Source: Chrysomallon squamiferum (Eukaryota; Animalia; Mollusca). From it: 64,000 nt of DNA. The notes under the pieces were generated by a model. The model was not told the DNA's origin. It worked only from the letters and a program-made list of their open reading frames with translations, and did no database searches. Shown piece after piece: positions 57,747 through 64,000 of the stretch; within the stretch, counting starts at the first letter, position 1; every line of letters begins with the position of its first letter. Location: the NCBI GenBank assembly GCA_012295275.1, contig CM022674.1, forward strand, positions 3,224,001 through 3,288,000. The letters are read 5' to 3'. Position numbers and translations under genes: made by a program.

Positions 57747-57832
<86 letters not shown>

Positions 57833-60020
57833 AGTATAGCGATTGTGATACGCTCAATATTTCGTAATATTTATTTGCTTTTAAAATGATATACGAACAG
57901 TTCCATAGTTTAAAGTTTATCTCTAATAACATTTGAAAAATAATAATAATAAAAAAAATTAAAATTAATTTAACTTTTCGCATTATCTTAAAAGATTTTA
58001 ATTAAAAATCTTACCGAATATTTTACCCTTCACTTGTTATCTTTAATATACAAAAACTCTTAGATTATCGATTGGTTTGGCCTTATGACTTGGGGCGTTA
58101 ATTTAAGACACAAATCCTTCAAAGTGAGTAAGGTCATTATTGAAAGAAATTCCGACTACAGAAATATTAAACACTTTATTTTGTACCTTCATAAAGATTG
58201 GTCGTATACGTCGAGATCCATGTCTGGTAATTCTTGAAACGAGTCTCTCATTATAGGAGATACTAAATTCTGTACAACAAATTAAGGTGGACTGGGATTA
58301 TTAATAATAATAAGACATGATAATGGCGGTAGTTAGGATGAAGCAGGTAGGTCGGAGAGAAAGAATGAATTCGAGTGTAGGTAAGGTGTGTTATGTTTCA
58401 TTGACGGACTGAAGATGTATTTTAAGAGCAGATGTTGGTTTTTTTTGTGTGTGGTTTTTTCCCGATGTAGTATTATTGTAATATATGTTATTATGGGCCA
58501 ATTATCAATACTGTATTGTCATGTAATATTTCGGTTAGTGTTTGCCGGTTTCGTTATAATGAAAACAAAATTTCTGTTTTTTTTGGGAGGTTTTGGGGTG
58601 TTTTTTTTTTGTGTTATATGTTTATTTATTTTTCTTAATTTTTGGATTATTATTATAATCTCAGAAGCCAAATTCATGGATTTTTGAAAGCTTTTTGTTC
58701 CGGTTTATTGTTGTTATAATTGCTGTTGTTATTGTTTTATTATGTTGTTTTTTTATCGTCTAATTACTGATGTTTTAGAATATTTAGTTTTATTACAGAA
58801 ATATCAACGTTTTTATATGTATATAATATAAACATGTTTTCTTTCCCAAATTATTATTTTTTTTTTTTTCATACACGTAAAAAGAAAAATTAATTTAATT
58901 TGTTTATCTTCTAAAGATAAAGAACCTTGATAGTTTTGTCCTTTCTGAGATTCAGTTAACTGGGCATGCGTGGGCATTTTCCCGTCACATCATTATTTCT
59001 TATTAATCAGTTTAATTACAGGCAGTGCATAGAGAGATAATTAATATTCATGTTAAATCGAATTGACGTAATTGATGCAGGTAATTGCAATTCCTATTAA
59101 AATAGCAGAAGTGATTAATATTCTGATTAGCGTCATGTGCCTGTTTACGTCAAAGTTGTAATTTCTGTACGTTTGTTGCCTGGTTAATTTAGACCGCTGC
59201 AAAATTGTTTGCAAATATTTTTACTCGTTATAAACGCGCGCGACACAGACATAGCGACATACACATATATGAAATTAATCGTGCATCATGCATGCACATA
59301 TGCTCAGACGTAGATACATAAATACATACACAAACACAAACACACACACATACACACACATACATAAATTCATACGTAGATACATACACCCATACAGACA
59401 TATAGCATACACACACACACATATACACACACATACATAAATTAATACGTAGATACACACATCCATACAAACATATAGCATACACACATACATGCATACA
59501 TATATTTTTACTTACATGACACTGTTACCAATGATTAGCATAATATTGTTTTATCTTTTGCAAAACAAGAATTACTAAGTACAGATCTATTCATGATCCC
59601 TGACGACAGCATACTAGTATGACGTCATGACAATACCAACCAAAATTATAGTGCAAGCTTGTACGTAACTCTACGTATGTATGTAAGTATGATATATATA
59701 TATATAGTATGTATGTATGTATTTATATATAGTATGTATGTATATATTTATATATACATGTGTGTCTATATATATATATATATATGCATATATGTTTCTA
59801 CATTTATCTCAATGGTTCATAATATTAAAACAGGGTCGACTATGTGAACTCATTTTGACAAAACGGGAAATATACTGCGTTATTATGGATACAAAACTAA
59901 TCAGTGTTTGTCGGATTTACAATTAAATATACGACAAGCAAGGCGAAAAAGAGATGAAATTTGGTGCCATGTTGTAAATTTAAGACTTCAATTCGAGTGG
60001 ATATTGTTTTAACAGATTGT

Positions 60021-60087
<67 letters not shown>

Positions 60088-60730
60088 CCTCCCTCCCTCT
60101 CTCTCCTCCCTTTCTCTCCTCCCTCTCTCTCCTCCCTTTCTCTCCTCCCTCTCTCTCTCTCATCATTTTTATACAACGACCTGTCTAAATAATAACAACA
60201 ATATTTGTATAACCCATAACTTCTGTTCAAGTGAATGTATCATCATTATCTTTGCTGACAATTAAACGCGAAAGTAATGTAGGATTTGCGTGTGACGTCT
60301 GACGTGTTTGCACGATACTACGTCATCATGAGGGGGGATAAAGAGAAGTAATTTTTTTTTTTTTTTTTTAAATCCTTGATTCACTGATTATACGGATAGA
60401 CTATAAAGATATTCTGGTTCCTGTGCGAGACACGATACCAGGAAACAGAGAAAGTGCCTGCTTCCATTCATCCCCACACAAGCTAGTTAATTTACTTGTG
60501 TACGAGCAACTGAACAACAAAAAAACGTTACTCAACAGTCGACCACGGAAAGACGGGGGCTAGGCTTTGTCTCGCAGATAATCTCTGAAATGAAAATAGT
60601 ATGAAAAGCTTCTAATGACCGTGTCTTCCGTTTTCTTCGACAGGTTTATTCAAAACATTTAAATGCATTTTGTTTTCTTTCTTGTCTCTGAGATATTTTC
60701 ATATGACGAAGACGTATTTGTAGCAATTTT

Positions 60731-61192
60731 ATGTATGTAATGTATGTATGTATGTATCAATGTGTGTTTGTATATATGTATGTATGTATGTATGTAATGT
60801 ATGTATGTATGAATGTATGTAGGTATTTATGTATGTATGGATATGTATGTATGTATGCATGTATGTAATGTATGTATGTATGTATGTATGTATGTATGTA
60901 TGTATGTATGTATGTATGTATGTATGTATGTATGTATGTATGTATGTATGTATGTATGTATGTATATGTATTTATGTATGTATGTATGTAATGTATGTAT
61001 GTATGTATGTATGTATGTATGTATGTATGTATGTATGTATGTATGAATGTATGTATGTATGTAGGTATTTATGTATGAACGGATGTATGTGTGTGTATGT
61101 ATGTATGTTTATAGGTATGTATGTAAGTATGTGTGTGGGTATATGTATGTATGTATATATGGATTATGTATGTATGTATGTATGTATGTATA
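60731..61192. repeat. (ATGT)n tetranucleotide microsatellite, about 460 bp
   Basis: Direct inspection; similar tracts occur at 6101-6400, 25375-25470 and 42478-42540. Confidence 0.92.
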
Positions 61193-61625
61193 TAATATCT
61201 GTGACACTCACCGCATGCATACAAACAGACAAAAACACATATATTAATTTAATTGGAAACACATCAAATCCTTTCTCCATCGATATAGGTTAGCTATGTC
61301 TTACATTTTCCATATGTCTGGCCTGAAAAAATGTAGGAGTCCTCAATAAACGGCGCCAGAATTTACATCTGCCAGGGTACAATAGACTGAGCCACTTCTC
61401 CTGTATACGTCACACTATAACAGTAAGCTGGTGGTAAACCACTCTAAAGAGAAGCACCTGTATTTGACAGTTTAATGGAGTTTTGGTGAAGCTGGGAAGT
61501 GTCTAAACTAGCAAGTCGTAACTTCTTTACAAAACGTCCGTCAAATCGGTGCCAAACCGTTTCTTCAGTTTTAGCATGCTTCTTTTTATTTATTTATTTA
61601 TTTATTTTTTTTAAATTTTTTAAAA

Positions 61626-61682
<57 letters not shown>

Positions 61683-63030
61683 TATTATTTTTTTTTTTTA
61701 TGGGGTGGATAATAACCAGTCAATTTAAATAAACTTAAGATTTTCAACCAAGATTTTCCGCCAGCTGACAATAACATATTCGTATGCGTTGACGTTTACA
61801 GACAGATATTCAGTATTACAGACATACCGACAGAGATGCGGGCGGGCAGGCAGACAGACACCCAGACAGACAGATAGGTAGACATCTAGATATATAGATA
61901 TATAGATATATAGATAACGAGATACATAGATAGACAAATAGCTGGATAGATAAGCAGAGACACACACATATAAATAGACAGATAGATAGATGGATGGATG
62001 CATTGATAGATAGACAGACATAAAGACATACAGACATACAGACACTCAGACAGACAGATAGATGGAGAGATAAATAGGTAAACTCTGACAGTAAATTACT
62101 ACATCCATTTTCTTTTTCTTTTTTTTGTATTTTTTTTTTTTTTTTTTTTGTTTTTTCCCTAGAACAATTTGTTATGTTTAACCCTGTTTGTGAAAAGGTT
62201 CATATAAACTATTCGTAAACACTGAATATTTCCCTTTCTAGTCCGTTTTTTTTTTTTTTTCTCTCTCTGTGAACGTTAAACACATACGAAAATATTCCTA
62301 ATGGCTGACGAAGAAACTGAGTCAAGGGAATATTGTAGGAGTTTTTTCTATGTATGTGTGTGTCTGCGTGTATCTGATATAATCGAATTTAATTAACACT
62401 GTTTATGCCTTTTTTCCATAACCACATTCATTAGTGGTTTTTTTTTTTTTTATATAACATTCACGTACATACTAGCAGGAAATTACATGCAGAGCATTAA
62501 ATCAGCTCATAACATTTTATGAATATATGAACAATCATTATCGCCCTCTCTCCGTATATAATATCTGCCTTCAACGTTTTAATTAAAAAAAAAAAAAAAA
62601 AAAAAAAGCAACAATTCACCATCAGAAAGCTTCATATATTTTCATGACGTCGTCAAATGTAATTATTCGTGCAGAAATTAGCATCTGCGTGTGTGTGTGT
62701 GTGTGTACAAGTTGTACAACTACGTCACAACTTGACTCGTTGAAAGGACGAGCAGGTGCATGGCCTCTGTGACCTTTGAGCAGACGTCACTGCTAACTCG
62801 CATGTCCGGAAATGAAATCTCTAGATGCGCGCCTAATTAAAGAGCGAGTTTCAAAGGGCCACAAATTGTTTTCATCATAATATTCGCTTAATCAACTGAT
62901 CGGCCATTTTGAATCATTCTGACATTTCACCGAACGTGTCGGTCACGTGATTTTTGGAGCCTCGTTCGAAAATCGTTGATCATATTTGTGTTTGGGTTTA
63001 GATGAGAAAGGATGGTCTTTTGTATCGCCT

Positions 63031-63061
<31 letters not shown>

Positions 63062-63121
63062 TTTTATTTTATTTTATTTTATTTTTTATTTTATTATTTA
63101 TTATTTTTTTTTTATTTATTT

Positions 63122-63181
<60 letters not shown>

Positions 63182-63836
63182 TTTTTTTTTGGTTATTATT
63201 ATTAATTAGAGTTTTGTTTTTTTTTTTGTTTTGGTTTTAACAAGTAATTAAAGACTCTAATTATGAGTTAAAATTAGTGAGATGCGATTTCAGATAATTA
63301 GACTTTTCCCATGAACAAACATAGAATTCTATGTTCGGAAGTTATTTCAGTACTTTCACTTGAAACAAATTTAATAAGTATATAGTGTAAATAACGAAAA
63401 AAAAAAAGAAGAAATTGTTCAATGTAAAATTACTGGGTAAAATTTAATGTTAGTTTAGTGTTGAGGATGTTGAGTTGCTTCCCTTGTCTCATGTTGTTAA
63501 AACGATAATAATTTATTTATTTTTCTTTTTTTATATTTCTCTTTCTCGCTCTTTGTCTTTTTTCCTTCTTTTTCTCTCTTTCTATTTTTTTTTTTGTATC
63601 TCTCTTGCCCCAATCTCATTCTCTCTCACCATCATTCTGTTTCTGTTTATCTACCTACCTACAGATGTACCTACTTATTAACAACCTATCTACTATATTT
63701 CTATCTGTCCATCAGTCTGTTTTTCTATCTGTCTGTCTGTGTTACATTGTTTTGTTTTTTAATGTTATCTCTCTATCTACTCCTTTCTTTCTCTCATTTC
63801 TACACGTTTCTATTTCTCTCACGCCAATCCTCTCTA

Positions 63837-63870
<34 letters not shown>

Positions 63871-64000
63871 TAGCTATTTATATCGATCGATCATAGCATC
63901 TGTTTCTATCTCTGTATTAACCTATCTGCCTCTTTTTCGTTCTGTCTGTCTATCTGTATCAGCTTCTCTCTGTCTTCTATTTGTATCATTATTTAAATGT

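Overview
AT-rich, microsatellite-dense animal (invertebrate) genomic DNA. A lophotrochozoan/mollusc origin is plausible but is only an inference. Four genes are supported. (1) A 3-exon hairy/HES1-like bHLH-Orange-WRPW repressor (+, 1269-2902). Its promoter has a head-to-head Su(H)/RBPJ paired site with a 16-bp spacer, extra Su(H) sites and HES autorepression sites. (2) An intron-containing tRNA-Tyr(GUA) (+, 11750-11833) whose stems are diverged but fully paired. (3) A 509-aa uninterrupted ORF (-, 13422-14951) with a divergent C-terminal C2-like domain. (4) A complete 5-exon TRAPPC4/Trs23 gene (+, 27392-30699) inside a CpG-depleted block. The window also holds two pogo/Tigger-type non-autonomous DNA transposons, several minisatellites and very many simple repeats. 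Nearly all other ORF-track entries are microsatellite artefacts. No convincing coding sequence was found from about 31 kb to 64 kb. No wholly new biological system is demonstrable from the sequence alone. The best leads are the Notch/HES regulatory landscape, the orphan C2-like protein and the variant tRNA-Tyr.
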